64,000 nucleotides of DNA from Sphingobacteriaceae bacterium (GTDB taxonomy: Bacteria > Bacteroidota > Bacteroidia > UBA7662): positions 20,425 through 84,424 of the forward strand of contig PNNG01000027.1 in NCBI GenBank assembly GCA_013824115.1, given 5' to 3'. The notes under the pieces are model-generated. The model was not told the origin of the DNA and made no database searches. It worked only from the letters and a program-made list of their open reading frames with translations. Both the position numbers and the translations under genes were made by a program. Positions 45,995 through 56,739 of this stretch are shown in pieces. The stretch's first letter is position 1. Each line of letters opens with the position of its first letter.

Positions 45995-47464
45995 ACTGCA
46001 AGTTTACACCGAAGATTGTCAACTTGGCTGACCCTGTTTGCCTTGCTTTTTATTTTGGCACCCGCTGTTCAAGCCTTGGACGCACAATTTCGCCATGCGG
46101 TTTTTTATCAGCCAGGCAAAAATCCCTATGTGGAAACCTATTTGGCGGTGAATAGCCGCTCGGTACATTTTGTGAAATTTGGTCCCAATAAATTGCAAGG
46201 AGCCATCCAAATCACCATCAGTTTCGAAAAGAACGACAGCATTGTACTTTACGATAAGTATGTGTTGAAGAGCCCGGAAATTGATACCAACGGCAATCTT
46301 GATTTTAGCTTCATCGATTTACAGCGTTTTAGCTTAACGCCAGGCACCTATTATATGGAATTGCTCATTCGCGATCAATACGATACCACAAATACGGCCA
46401 AAGCGTCGGGGAACATTGTACTCAAGGCATTAGGACAACAAGTAGAATTTTCAGACGTGCTTTTGGCAAGGGGAATTCAAAAAAGCACCCTAGCGGGAAA
46501 ACTTACCAAAAGTGGATTAGACATCATTCCCCGGCCGTCTTTTTTTTACAATACAGGTCAAGATACCCTCTGGTATTATGCTGAGTTGTACGGCACTAAA
46601 CATTTGGCCGATTCGGTTTTTATAGTGAGGGCCATGCTTCAATATGGCAACGAACAAGTGGTTGATAAGTGCAGCAAATTCTATCGGTTTTCGCGCAAAG
46701 AGGTGAATATAATCGCCGATGCCTTTTTGATCGACGAAGTGCCCAGCGGAAACTACACCCTGAAATTGGAATTGATGGATGCTTCGGGCAAAGTGCTATC
46801 AACTAAAAAGCAAGAAATCCAACGTTTGAATAGTAGGATTGCTTTTGATGAACAAAAAATGCGGGCATTGAAAACTACCATGTCGTTTGTGGAAGGTATG
46901 TCGGAAGCCCAATTGCGCGATCACATTGCTTCTATGAGGCCTATTTCTGAGATTTTTGAACGGGAGTATGCCGATAATTTGCTGAAGCAAAAGGCAGTGG
47001 ATATAGAACTACTCAAAAAATACATGCTTAGTTTTTGGGAGCGCCGCGACAAGGTGAATCCCGACAAAGCTTGGGCTGCCTATTACGCTCGTGTGCGCGA
47101 AACCATTGAGCTCTTCAGTTCGAAAATCATGCGGGGCTACGAAACGGAGCGGGGAAGGGTGTATTTGCAATATGGGCAGCCCAATAGCCGTACTCAGGTT
47201 ACAAATGAACCCAGCGCCTATCCTTACGAAATTTGGTGGTATTATGAATACAAAGGACAAAGAAACATCCGCTTTGTGTTCTACAACCCTGACATGATTA
47301 CCAACGACTACCAACTATTGCATTCTGAAGCTTTGGGCGAGCCCTATGATCCGCAATGGCGCTTGATTTTGTTCAGTCGGACCACGGCCTTCCGCGACGT
47401 AGACGAACAAATGAACAGGGGGCATTTTGGTAGCTACCTAGAAGAGAATTTCAGAAATCAATGA
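45986..47464 (+). CDS. GWxTD domain-containing protein
   Basis: FWERRD...YYARV...GYETERGRVYLQYGQP...YEIWWY; signal peptide. Confidence 0.82.
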   Translation: MNHTASLHRRLSTWLTLFALLFILAPAVQALDAQFRHAVFYQPGKNPYVETYLAVNSRSVHFVKFGPNKLQGAIQITISFEKNDSIVLYDKYVLKSPEIDTNGNLDFSFIDLQRFSLTPGTYYMELLIRDQYDTTNTAKASGNIVLKALGQQVEFSDVLLARGIQKSTLAGKLTKSGLDIIPRPSFFYNTGQDTLWYYAELYGTKHLADSVFIVRAMLQYGNEQVVDKCSKFYRFSRKEVNIIADAFLIDEVPSGNYTLKLELMDASGKVLSTKKQEIQRLNSRIAFDEQKMRALKTTMSFVEGMSEAQLRDHIASMRPISEIFEREYADNLLKQKAVDIELLKKYMLSFWERRDKVNPDKAWAAYYARVRETIELFSSKIMRGYETERGRVYLQYGQPNSRTQVTNEPSAYPYEIWWYYEYKGQRNIRFVFYNPDMITNDYQLLHSEALGEPYDPQWRLILFSRTTAFRDVDEQMNRGHFGSYLEENFRNQ

Positions 47465-48357
47465 TGCGAAGCCTGGCATATTCGCTTTTATGGCTGGTAT
47501 TTAGGGGACTGAGCATGTTGCCCATGCGGGTATTGTATGTCCTCAGCGATATCATTGCTTTTGGGTTACATCGGATTTTTAAGTACCGCAGAAGCACGGT
47601 TCAGTTCAATTTACGCAACGCTTTTCCCCAAAATGAGGCTACGTGGTTACTTCAAGTGGAAAATGAATTTTATCAGTGGTTTTGCGACCAGTTGGTAGAA
47701 ACAGTGAAAACCCTCGATTTAAGCGGCAAAGAACTGATGCATAGGGTAGAAATTGAAAATCCCGAACTATTGCATGTCTTGCACGAGAAATCGAAACACA
47801 TCATTTTTGTAGGGGCTCATCATGGTAATTGGGAGTGGCTTCACAAGTCACTCACCTTGCATTTACGCCATTTGCACTTGATCATCTATAAGCCATTGAA
47901 TAATGCCTCCATCGATGCTATTGTAAAGCAAATGCGTGAAAAGTTTGGTGCCATGGCTGTGCCCATGAAGCAGATTTTTAAAGTGATGGAGGCCCAAAAG
48001 CAAACCCTTACCTGTACGTACGTGCTAGGCGACCAGTCACCCACCTCGCACAACAAATTTTTATGGTTGCCTTTCATGAACCAACCAACGGCCATTTATA
48101 CCGGTGCCGAGGAGTTGGCCCGTAAATACGATGCAGCGGTGGTTTATGGCAGTATGTATCGCAAATCGAGGGGTTTTTATGGGGTACGCTTGAGTTTGGT
48201 AGCCGAGTCGCCCGAGCATTTTGAAAAAGGGCAAATCACCCAGCTGCACGCCTCCATGTTTGAAAATCAACTCAAAAACCAACCCGCATTTTGGCTTTGG
48301 TCGCACCGCCGATGGAAACTCAATCCCCAAGATCATCCTGCCTATGAATTCGTTTGA
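47461..48357 (+). CDS. Lipid A biosynthesis acyltransferase (LpxL/HtrB family)
   Basis: HHGNWE, YKPLNN, GDQSP and WLWSHRRWK. Confidence 0.88.
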   Translation: MMRSLAYSLLWLVFRGLSMLPMRVLYVLSDIIAFGLHRIFKYRRSTVQFNLRNAFPQNEATWLLQVENEFYQWFCDQLVETVKTLDLSGKELMHRVEIENPELLHVLHEKSKHIIFVGAHHGNWEWLHKSLTLHLRHLHLIIYKPLNNASIDAIVKQMREKFGAMAVPMKQIFKVMEAQKQTLTCTYVLGDQSPTSHNKFLWLPFMNQPTAIYTGAEELARKYDAAVVYGSMYRKSRGFYGVRLSLVAESPEHFEKGQITQLHASMFENQLKNQPAFWLWSHRRWKLNPQDHPAYEFV

Positions 48358-49408
48358 TTTGCCCAAGGTAGCCGTTGCAATCCTGAATTGGAATGGCAAA
48401 CACCACTTGGCTACCTACCTGCCTTCGGTACTTCAAACAGCCTATAGCCACTGCCAAATTTGGGTGATTGACAATGGCTCTACCGACGATTCGGTGAGCT
48501 GGTTGAAGGAAACCTATGGTGATCAAATTGAACTGGTGCGCTTGCCACATAATTTGGGCTACGCAGGTGGCTACAATGCGGGCTTGAACCAAATAGAGGC
48601 CGACATTTATGTGTTACTCAATTCGGATGTAGAGGTGAGCCCAAATTGGCTCGATGATCCTGTCCAGCGGTTTTTAGAAAATGAGCGCTTGGGGGCATTG
48701 CAGCCCACTATCCGTTCGTGGAAAGAAAAAACGGCGTATGAATATGCCGGTGCTGCAGGTGGCTACATCGATTCGATGGGTTATCCTTTTTGTGCAGGCC
48801 GCCTTTTTGAGCAAGTGGAGGAAGACCGCAACCAATATGCTTACCGAAAAACAATATTTTGGGCTTCGGGTGCTTGTATGTTCGTGCGCGCCAAAGCCTA
48901 TTGGGAGGCAGGGGGCTTAGATGACCGCTATTTTGCCCATATGGAAGAAATAGACCTTTGCTGGCGCATGCAACACCTCGATTATGAGCTGATTCATGAA
49001 CCGGCTTCGGTAGTGTATCATTTGGGTGGGGGCTCCTTGGCCTATGGCAATCCGCGCAAGACCTTTTTGAATTTCCGCAACAGCCTCATTACCCTGCAAA
49101 AAAACTTGCCACTGCCGCAAATGGTAGTGCGCGTTTTCTTGCGCCTGCTACTCGATTTTCCTGCTGCACTCAAATTTGCAGCGCATGGATCGTGGGGCGA
49201 TTTTTGGGCGGTAGGTAGGGCACACTGGTCTTTTTTTGGCATGCAAGGCTACATTTGGAAAAAGCGTGCAGAAATCAAGCACAAAAAGCATCCTGCCAAA
49301 TTATCAGGCATGTTTCAAGGCAGTGCGCTGTATGCACACTTCTTTGGCCGCAAAGCCAAACTTGAAGCCTTTATTGCGGCTCGCCGAGTAAATGCAACAG
49401 ACCGCTGA
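48344..49408 (+). CDS. Glycosyltransferase family 2
   Basis: AILNWNG, IDNGSTDDS, NLGYAGGYN, LLNSD and HMEEIDLCWR; ATG at 48344. Confidence 0.92.
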   Translation: MNSFDLPKVAVAILNWNGKHHLATYLPSVLQTAYSHCQIWVIDNGSTDDSVSWLKETYGDQIELVRLPHNLGYAGGYNAGLNQIEADIYVLLNSDVEVSPNWLDDPVQRFLENERLGALQPTIRSWKEKTAYEYAGAAGGYIDSMGYPFCAGRLFEQVEEDRNQYAYRKTIFWASGACMFVRAKAYWEAGGLDDRYFAHMEEIDLCWRMQHLDYELIHEPASVVYHLGGGSLAYGNPRKTFLNFRNSLITLQKNLPLPQMVVRVFLRLLLDFPAALKFAAHGSWGDFWAVGRAHWSFFGMQGYIWKKRAEIKHKKHPAKLSGMFQGSALYAHFFGRKAKLEAFIAARRVNATDR

Positions 49409-49805
49409 GGGCCAACCGGTACGATGCTAATCCAAATCCACTCACCACTGCTTTGCAATAGGGCGAGAGGTACGATTGTCGTCGAAACGCTTCGCGGCTG
49501 TTCGGATTGCTGATGTGCACTTCAATCACGGGAGCAGGCACAGCAGCCACTGCATCAGCCAACGCTACCGAAGTGTGTGTATAACCTCCAGCATTGAGTA
49601 AAATTCCATCCATGTGAAAACCTGCTGATTGAATTTTATCAATCAGCTCCCCTTCGTGATTACTTTGAAAATAATTGAGTTGGTGATGCGGAAATGCCAA
49701 ACGCAATTCCTCCAAATAGTTGTCGAATGAACGGCTGCCATAAATCTCCGGCTCGCGCTTGCCGAGCAAGTTTAAATTGGGGCCATTGATAATTAGAAGC
49801 TGCAT
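49371..49805 (-). CDS. aroQ: Type II 3-dehydroquinate dehydratase
   Basis: INGPNLNLLGKREPEIYG, QSNHEGELID and EVHISN. Confidence 0.96.
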   Translation of the reverse strand: MQLLIINGPNLNLLGKREPEIYGSRSFDNYLEELRLAFPHHQLNYFQSNHEGELIDKIQSAGFHMDGILLNAGGYTHTSVALADAVAAVPAPVIEVHISNPNSREAFRRQSYLSPYCKAVVSGFGLASYRLALSGLLHLLGEPQ

Positions 49806-49846
49806 GCGTTTGATTTCCGTCCGAAATTAGAGAAATTGGCGGCACG

Positions 49847-50752
49847 ATGAATGCCAACTGGCAACAATACCTCAAAAGTTTCGAAGCTTACCTGCGGCTG
49901 GAACGCTCGCACCCGGCCAATACCATCAAGGCCTACCTCAATGATTTGCATAAACTGGCCAATTACGCCAGCACCGAGCAACCACCACTGAGTGCTACCC
50001 AGATGCAATTGACTGATTTGCAGGGATTTTTGGCTTTCTTGAACGATTTGGGACTCGAAAGCAGCAGTCAGGCCCGCGTTCTCTCTGGCATCAAAGCCTT
50101 TTACCGCTTTCTCATGCTCGAAGGCATGGTGCTCGAAAGTCCGGCCGAGCTGCTCGAAATGCCGCGCAGTCGCCGCAAACTGCCCGAGGTCTTGCACATA
50201 GAAGAAATCAATCAAATGATTGCCAACATCGACCTGAGCAAACCCGAAGGCCATCGGAACAAAGCCATTTTGGAAACGCTTTACAGTTGCGGATTGCGCG
50301 TGAGCGAGTTGATAGAGCTGCGGCTGAGCAATTTGTTTTTCGATATTGGTTTTATCCGTGTGCTTGGTAAGGGCAACAAAGAACGTTTAGTGCCTATTGG
50401 TGAGACAGCCATAGCCTCCATACGCTGGTACGTAGAAGGGCAGCGACGACAACTGAACATCGTTAAGGGCGCAGAAGATGTCGTTTTTTTGAGCCGAAAC
50501 GGCAAACCGCTTACCCGCATGTTGGTGTTTTTGTTGGTGAAGCAACAAGCAATGCTGGCTGGCGTGCAAAAAACGGTGAGTCCGCATACCTTCCGGCATG
50601 CCTTTGCCACCCATATGGTAGAAGCAGGTGCCGATTTAAGGGCTGTACAAGAAATGCTCGGACACGAAAGTATTACTACCACCGAAATTTATACCCATCT
50701 CAGCCGTGAATACCTACGAGATGTGGTGAGGCAATTTCACCCAAGACGCTAG
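49847..50752 (+). CDS. xerD: Site-specific tyrosine recombinase XerD
   Basis: GLRVSEL, GKGNKERLVP, HTFRHAFATH and LGHESITTTEIYTH; divergent from aroQ. Confidence 0.88.
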   Translation: MNANWQQYLKSFEAYLRLERSHPANTIKAYLNDLHKLANYASTEQPPLSATQMQLTDLQGFLAFLNDLGLESSSQARVLSGIKAFYRFLMLEGMVLESPAELLEMPRSRRKLPEVLHIEEINQMIANIDLSKPEGHRNKAILETLYSCGLRVSELIELRLSNLFFDIGFIRVLGKGNKERLVPIGETAIASIRWYVEGQRRQLNIVKGAEDVVFLSRNGKPLTRMLVFLLVKQQAMLAGVQKTVSPHTFRHAFATHMVEAGADLRAVQEMLGHESITTTEIYTHLSREYLRDVVRQFHPRR

Positions 50753-52371
50753 CTGCGCGGATTTTTCTTTACTCGCTTTAAATCGAGCACATTCATGGCG
50801 TTGGTGCTCAAACCGCTTATTCCTGGCTTTATCAAGCGCAATACCTGATCGTAATAGAGCACTATGTATGGCGCTTCTTCCACCAATAAAGCATTCTGTT
50901 GCTGGTAAATGGCGGCACGTTTGGTCACATTTGGCTCTTGCATAGCTTGCCGGTACCATTGGTCGAAGCGGTCATTTTTGAACCTGGTGTAGTTAGGCCC
51001 GTTGGGCGTTTCGTTGGGACCATAAGCCAGGGCAAGGTAGTTTTCGGCATCGGGGTAATCGGCAATCCAACTGGCGCGGAACATGGTCGCTTCCCCTTTA
51101 CCAATAAGTTGGCGCAGGGTAGGGCCGGGACTGGTGTTGATGCTCAATTCCACGCCCAATTGCTGCCATTGCCGTTGAATGAAGATGCACAAATCGAGAT
51201 AAGCTGGATTGGTTTCGAGCTGCAATTTCAGAGGTTTATCGCCATAACCAGCCTCTTTGAGCAGCTGACGGGCCTTTTCGGGCTGATAGCTGTAGTGCCC
51301 CAGCAAAGTGCTATCGAAGCCTGGCAAGCCGGGTGGAATGAGTCCAGCTGTACCCGGAATACCAATGTTGTTGCGCAGGTAGCGAATCATTTGCACCCGG
51401 TCAAAACCGTAGTTGAGTGCCTGGCGTACTCGTTTATCGGCCAAGGCCGGGTGTTGTGCTTTCTGCTGGGGGTCGAGCAGGATGCCCAGGTATTCGGTAT
51501 TGAGGTAGGCTGATTTCTGTAGAGCGATTTTCCCATCGTATTTGGCCTGCAGGCTACCGTCTTTTTTTAAAACGTCGTCTTTAAAAGCCGGATCGACGCC
51601 CGAAATGAAATCGAGCTTGTTTTGCAAAAAAGCCAAGAAGGCACTTTGTTTATCGGGCAGAAAGTGCACCATCACCGCATCGAGGTAGGGCAGGCGTTGG
51701 GTGCCATCGAACTCGAAATAGGCGGGATTTTTATGCAGCGACAAGGCCTCGTTCTCGTACCAAAACGCCAGCTGAAATGGTCCCGTTCCTACCGGATTTT
51801 CGCGGAAGGCACTGCCATAAAAACGCACCGCTTCTTCAGCTACCACACTGCAATAGCCCATGGTGAGAAGCTCGGGAAGTGGTGGGAAGGGGGCGTTCAA
51901 ACGGATTTCGAAAACCGAGTCATTAAGGGCATAAAAGCCATCGCCTGCCAACTTGCCATTGAAAATCCAAGCTCCGGGCGAAGCCGTCTCCGGGTCTATT
52001 AAGCGATTAAAAGAATATACAAAGTCACTTGCAGTAACTTTTCTGCTTTTGGATTCCTTAAAGCATTTGTTGGTGTGAAATAAAACATCTTGCCGTAACC
52101 AAAAGCGGTAGGTGGTTCCTGCTTCATCCACTTCCCAACGCTGGGCAATGGCGGGCTGGAGGCGCAGATTCGAATCGAGTTGCAGCAGACCGTTGTAGAG
52201 CATGTTCACGGCCCAGCCGGTGGCCTGGTCGCGGGCGAAGGCCGGGTCGAGCGAGGAGATGCCGCTTTCCTGGTTGTAGTGGAAAACCCGCTTGTTATCT
52301 GCTGTTTTATTTTGACCGCAGCCTGCCGCCAGCAAGATGGTGGATAAAATGAAGGACGTCAACTTTTTCAT
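50749..52371 (-). CDS. ABC transporter substrate-binding lipoprotein (family 5)
   Basis: Lipobox LAAGC, SLDPAFA, PVGTGPF, VRQALNYG and WIADYPD. Confidence 0.9.
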   Translation of the reverse strand: MKKLTSFILSTILLAAGCGQNKTADNKRVFHYNQESGISSLDPAFARDQATGWAVNMLYNGLLQLDSNLRLQPAIAQRWEVDEAGTTYRFWLRQDVLFHTNKCFKESKSRKVTASDFVYSFNRLIDPETASPGAWIFNGKLAGDGFYALNDSVFEIRLNAPFPPLPELLTMGYCSVVAEEAVRFYGSAFRENPVGTGPFQLAFWYENEALSLHKNPAYFEFDGTQRLPYLDAVMVHFLPDKQSAFLAFLQNKLDFISGVDPAFKDDVLKKDGSLQAKYDGKIALQKSAYLNTEYLGILLDPQQKAQHPALADKRVRQALNYGFDRVQMIRYLRNNIGIPGTAGLIPPGLPGFDSTLLGHYSYQPEKARQLLKEAGYGDKPLKLQLETNPAYLDLCIFIQRQWQQLGVELSINTSPGPTLRQLIGKGEATMFRASWIADYPDAENYLALAYGPNETPNGPNYTRFKNDRFDQWYRQAMQEPNVTKRAAIYQQQNALLVEEAPYIVLYYDQVLRLIKPGISGLSTNAMNVLDLKRVKKNPRS

Positions 52372-52463
52372 TCCTGCTGAGGGTATTATCTTAGAGGCTC
52401 GATTTTGCGTTCCAAAAATACGCGAAACGGTTTCTAATAGAAGTAAAATCAGTGGGAGTTCGG

Positions 52464-53267
52464 ATGAGTAAGGTCATAGCCATAGCCAATCAGAAGGGTG
52501 GAGTAGGTAAAACTACCACCGCCATCAATCTTGCCAGCAGCCTGGCTGTTTTGGAATTTAAAACATTGTTGATCGATGCCGATCCGCAAGCCAACGCCAC
52601 TTCGGGCATTGGATATGACCCCAAAGCCATCAAAACCGGCATCTACGAATGCATGGTGAACGATGTGCCTGTGCAGCACAATGTGTTGCAAACCGAAGTG
52701 CCTTTCCTCGATTTGCTGCCGGCCACCATCGATTTGGTGGGTGCCGAAATTGAAATGATTAACCGTCCGAACCGCGAACGCATTCTCAAAGATGTGATTG
52801 AGCCGGTGCGTGATCAGTACGATTTTATCATCATCGATTGCAGTCCTTCACTCGGCCTTATCACCGTGAATGCCCTCAATGCGGCCGATTCGGTAATTGT
52901 GCCCGTGCAGTGTGAATATTTCGCGCTCGAAGGTTTGGGCAAGCTGTTGAATACCATCAAAATTGTGCAAACACGCTTCAACCAAAACCTCAAAATCGAA
53001 GGCATTCTGCTTACCATGTACGATGGCCGCTTGCGTTTGGCCAATCAGGTGGTGGAAGATGTGCGGCAGAATTTGGGCGAACTCACTTTCGATACCATCA
53101 TCCACCGCAATACCAAACTCAGTGAAGCCCCCAGCTTTGGCATGTCGGCCATCATGCACGACGCTAGCAGCAAGGGTGCCACCAATTATCTCAACCTGGC
53201 GCGCGAAATTTTGCAGAAGAACAACCTTACCCGCATTCCTGCCGAAGACCGTACGATCAACTCCTGA
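52464..53267 (+). CDS. parA: Chromosome partitioning ATPase ParA/Soj
   Basis: [29 protein letters not shown] and [11 protein letters not shown]. Confidence 0.96.
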   Translation: MSKVIAIANQKGGVGKTTTAINLASSLAVLEFKTLLIDADPQANATSGIGYDPKAIKTGIYECMVNDVPVQHNVLQTEVPFLDLLPATIDLVGAEIEMINRPNRERILKDVIEPVRDQYDFIIIDCSPSLGLITVNALNAADSVIVPVQCEYFALEGLGKLLNTIKIVQTRFNQNLKIEGILLTMYDGRLRLANQVVEDVRQNLGELTFDTIIHRNTKLSEAPSFGMSAIMHDASSKGATNYLNLAREILQKNNLTRIPAEDRTINS

Positions 53268-53269
53268 AC

Positions 53270-54148
53270 ATGAACACTACGAAAAGAAATGCCCTCGGAC
53301 GGGGCCTCGGCGCCCTTTTGTCGGCCGACGAAGCAGCAGCCGTAGTAGCCCAGGCTACCACCAACTGGATGATTCCGGTAAACCAAATCGAGGCCAATCC
53401 CTATCAGCCACGTACCGACTTTGAAGAAGTTGCCCTGCGTGAATTGGCAGATTCTATCAAAATACACGGCATCATCCAGCCGCTGACCGTTCGTAAACTC
53501 ACCGAAGGCCAGTATCAATTGGTGTCGGGTGAGCGTCGTTTGCGGGCATCGAAAATGGTGGGTCTCACAGAGGTACCTGCCTACATACTCGAAGCCAATC
53601 AGCAGGGCATGCTCGAAATGGCGTTGATTGAGAACATCCAGCGTCAAGACCTGAATGCCATTGAAGTGGCCATCAGCTTCAAGCGCTTGCAGGATGAATG
53701 CCAAATCAAGCAAGAAGAATTGGGCGAAAGGGTAGGAAAAGACCGTGCTACGGTGGCTAATTACCTGCGACTGCTCAAACTTCCACCCGAAATTCAGTTG
53801 GGTATTCGTAACGGCAGTCTGGGCATGGGCCATGCCCGCGCCATCTTGGGCTTGCAAAAAACCGAACAACAGCTTTTTGTGTTCCGCAAGGCCCTAGCCG
53901 AAGGTTTGAGCGTTCGCAAAGTGGAAGCTTTGGTGCGCGAAATGAACGAAGAGGGTGGTGCTACAGCTCCCAAAGGCAAGAAGGAAACAGACGACAATGG
54001 CGCTTACAAGAGCGTGCAAGACAATCTGGCAAGGCGACTCGAAGCACGGGTAGAAATCAAGGCCAATGCCAAAGGGAAAGGCGAAATTGTGATTCCTTTT
54101 GCCAATACCGACGATTTGAACCGCTTGCTCGATTTGCTGGAAGGATGA
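53270..54148 (+). CDS. parB: Chromosome partitioning protein ParB/Spo0J
   Basis: ALGRGLGALL, NPYQPR, SGERRLRA, ENIQRQDL and an HTH. Confidence 0.96.
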   Translation: MNTTKRNALGRGLGALLSADEAAAVVAQATTNWMIPVNQIEANPYQPRTDFEEVALRELADSIKIHGIIQPLTVRKLTEGQYQLVSGERRLRASKMVGLTEVPAYILEANQQGMLEMALIENIQRQDLNAIEVAISFKRLQDECQIKQEELGERVGKDRATVANYLRLLKLPPEIQLGIRNGSLGMGHARAILGLQKTEQQLFVFRKALAEGLSVRKVEALVREMNEEGGATAPKGKKETDDNGAYKSVQDNLARRLEARVEIKANAKGKGEIVIPFANTDDLNRLLDLLEG

Positions 54149-54750
54149 GACGCTGCTCGGCCATTTGCGCAATCATGGCTGTAAGCTTGTTGTTTGCTTG
54201 GTCTTCGGTGGAGGCCCAGCAAAGCGATTCTACTTCCATTCCGCTGGTTGTTTCGGCCGGCGATAGCAATGTGGTGATGGTTCCCGAATCGGAACACTCG
54301 GTCAAAAAAGCAGTGCGCTATTCGGCCATGCTGCCGGGCTTAGGGCAAGCCTATAACCGCAAATACTGGAAAATACCGCTTATTTACGGCCTCGGTGGCT
54401 TTACAGTATATACAGCCATCAGTAACAGCAAAGAGTATATCCGTTACCGCAATGCCTACCGCTTGCGTGTTGATGGCGATGCCAGTACAGTGGATGAATT
54501 TGCGGGACAGCTGAACAATGCTGTACTTCGACAGAACCGCGATTTATTCCGACAACAACGTGATTTGTACTGGATTTTGACAGCTGGCGTATATGCCCTC
54601 AACTTGGTTGATGCTGCTGTGGATGCTCACTTGTTCGATTTTAATGTGAGCGACAATCTGAGCATGCATCTTTTTCAGCCGCCTGCTATTGTATGGGCAC
54701 AATCACCGGGCTTCCAAATACCATTGGCCCGTTTATCCTTCAAACTATGA
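54145..54750 (+). CDS. DUF5683-like membrane protein
   Basis: SAMLPGLGQAYNRKYWKIPLIY and DAAVDAHLFDF; usual position after parB. Confidence 0.82.
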   Translation: MRRCSAICAIMAVSLLFAWSSVEAQQSDSTSIPLVVSAGDSNVVMVPESEHSVKKAVRYSAMLPGLGQAYNRKYWKIPLIYGLGGFTVYTAISNSKEYIRYRNAYRLRVDGDASTVDEFAGQLNNAVLRQNRDLFRQQRDLYWILTAGVYALNLVDAAVDAHLFDFNVSDNLSMHLFQPPAIVWAQSPGFQIPLARLSFKL

Positions 54751-55460
54751 AAATTGTACTTTTTGGTCACGGAAAAATGGGGCAACTCATTGAAAAAATA
54801 GCTTTAGAAGCTGGTGATGAGGTGGTATTGGTAGTGGATGAACATAACCGCAAAAATTTGACTTCAGCCGATTTGCAACAAGCCGATGTGGCCATAGAGT
54901 TTACCACGCCCGAATCGGCCCCTGCCAACATTCGCCTTTGTGCTGACGCGGGTGTTCCAGTGGTGGTGGGTACCACAGGCTGGTATGCGCATTTTGAGGA
55001 AATCAGTGCCTATGTAGAAAAAAAGGGGAGCGCATTACTACCTGCCACGAATTTCAGTCTTGGGGTCAACCTCTTTTTCGCCATGACCGAAAAGCTGGGA
55101 GCCCTCATGCAGCCTCATACCCAATATCGGGCGCGCATTGAAGAAACGCACCATGTGCACAAAAAAGATGCACCCAGCGGAACTGCTATTACCGCCGCCG
55201 AGCGCTTGCTCAGTGGGTGGAAGCATGCTACAAATTGGTCGCTCAATGGCGAAAATCCAAATGCATTACCCGTATTGGCCCACCGCATAGATGAAGTCCC
55301 TGGCACGCACGAAGTGATTTTTAATAACGCTATCGACGAAATTCGGCTTACCCACACTGCCTTTAACCGCGAAGGATTTGCATCGGGTGCCCTCTTTGCT
55401 GCCCAATGGCTGGTGGGTAAAAAAGGAGTGTTTTCGATGCGGGATGTGCTTGGTGTATAG
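54747..55460 (+). CDS. dapB: 4-hydroxy-tetrahydrodipicolinate reductase
   Basis: GHGKMG, VVGTTGW, NFSLGVN and ETHHVHKKDAPSGTA. Confidence 0.96.
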   Translation: MKIVLFGHGKMGQLIEKIALEAGDEVVLVVDEHNRKNLTSADLQQADVAIEFTTPESAPANIRLCADAGVPVVVGTTGWYAHFEEISAYVEKKGSALLPATNFSLGVNLFFAMTEKLGALMQPHTQYRARIEETHHVHKKDAPSGTAITAAERLLSGWKHATNWSLNGENPNALPVLAHRIDEVPGTHEVIFNNAIDEIRLTHTAFNREGFASGALFAAQWLVGKKGVFSMRDVLGV

Positions 55461-55498
55461 GTATAAGTTGTTGAAATTCTAATGCATATAGGATGATT

Positions 55499-55531
55499 TG
55501 TAAATTTAGGAATCAGATTCCTAGATTTACA
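55499..55531. terminator. AT-rich inverted repeat between convergent dapB and ruvB
   Basis: TGTAAATTTAGGAATC-A-GATTCCTAGATTTACA with one mismatch; no T-tail, so the terminator role is uncertain. Confidence 0.45.
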
Positions 55532-55553
55532 CAATTCCAAAATCCAAGCGCTT

Positions 55554-56582
55554 CTACTCAAATAAAGTCCCCACACTGCCCGGAAACTTCTTATTCAGGT
55601 GCTTGTAGGCTGCTTCGGTCACCTCGCGACCACGGGGTGTGCGCTTTAAATAACCTTCTTGAATCAAAAAGGGCTCATACACCTCTTCTATGGTGCCGGC
55701 ATCTTCGCCAACCGCAGTGGCTATGGTGGTTAAACCTACCGGACCACCCTTGAATTTGTCGATGATGGTGCTCAAAATGCGGTTGTCCATTTCATCTAAA
55801 CCATGTTGGTCAACATGCAAAGCTTCCAACGCAATTTTGGCAATTTCTACCGTGATAATGCCTTTCCCTTTTACCTGTGCAAAGTCACGCGTTCGGCGGA
55901 GCAGGGCATTGGCAATACGTGGAGTACCGCGCGAACGGCGGGCAATTTCAAAGGCACCTGGTTCTTCAATGGGTACTTTCAAAATTTCAGCCGAACGCAT
56001 TACAATGGTAGTGAGCAATTTAGCGTCGTAATATTCAAGTCGTGCATTAATACCGAAACGAGCGCGTAAAGGAGCTGTGAGCAGGCCCGATCGTGTGGTG
56101 GCGCCAACAAGCGTGAACGGATTGATGGCAATTTGTACCGAACGGGCATTAGGACCGCTGTCGATCATGATATCGATTTTGTAGTCCTCCATGGCCGAGT
56201 AGAGGTATTCTTCTACCACCGGGCTCAAACGGTGAATTTCGTCGATAAAAAGCACGTCACCAGTCTCTAAGCCTGTAAGCAATCCCGCCAAATCGCCTGG
56301 TTTTTCCATAACAGGACCACTGGTAATTTTAATTCCTGCGCTCATTTCGTTGGCAATGATATGCGCCAGGGTAGTCTTCCCCAAGCCGGGTGGACCATGC
56401 AGCAACACATGGTCGAGCGATTCTTCGCGCATGCGGGCAGCCTGTACAAATACCAAGAGGTTGTCGAGCACCTTGCGCTGACCCGTAAAGTCGTCAAAGG
56501 TTCGGGGTCTCAGGAATTTTTCTATGTCGCGGTCGGCACCGTCGAGATTCTCCTCGCTGCCATCGAAAGGGTGATTGCGCAT
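55554..56582 (-). CDS. ruvB: Holliday junction branch migration helicase RuvB
   Basis: [31 protein letters not shown] and RGTPRIAN. Confidence 0.97.
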   Translation of the reverse strand: MRNHPFDGSEENLDGADRDIEKFLRPRTFDDFTGQRKVLDNLLVFVQAARMREESLDHVLLHGPPGLGKTTLAHIIANEMSAGIKITSGPVMEKPGDLAGLLTGLETGDVLFIDEIHRLSPVVEEYLYSAMEDYKIDIMIDSGPNARSVQIAINPFTLVGATTRSGLLTAPLRARFGINARLEYYDAKLLTTIVMRSAEILKVPIEEPGAFEIARRSRGTPRIANALLRRTRDFAQVKGKGIITVEIAKIALEALHVDQHGLDEMDNRILSTIIDKFKGGPVGLTTIATAVGEDAGTIEEVYEPFLIQEGYLKRTPRGREVTEAAYKHLNKKFPGSVGTLFE

Positions 56583-56739
56583 GCGTCAAATTTAGAGCAA
56601 AGCAAGCGTCTTTGGAAGTTCAGCCAATCAATTTGAAAAGAAATGGCCTGTGAAAAAATGATTAAACTTCGATTTTCGAGTGCTGCGCTTTTCAAATGGG
56701 GTCAGATTTCGTATTTTCGAACTCTCAACTGTTTGTGTT

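Noticed and set aside
49847..50752. Tyrosine recombinase as a prophage or island integrase
   Set aside because: Size, motifs and housekeeping context next to aroQ fit chromosomal XerD; no att sites or cargo nearby.
55461..55553. dif site or oriC near parAB
   Set aside because: No match to XerC/XerD arm consensus and no DnaA-box cluster visible; only one AT-rich palindrome.
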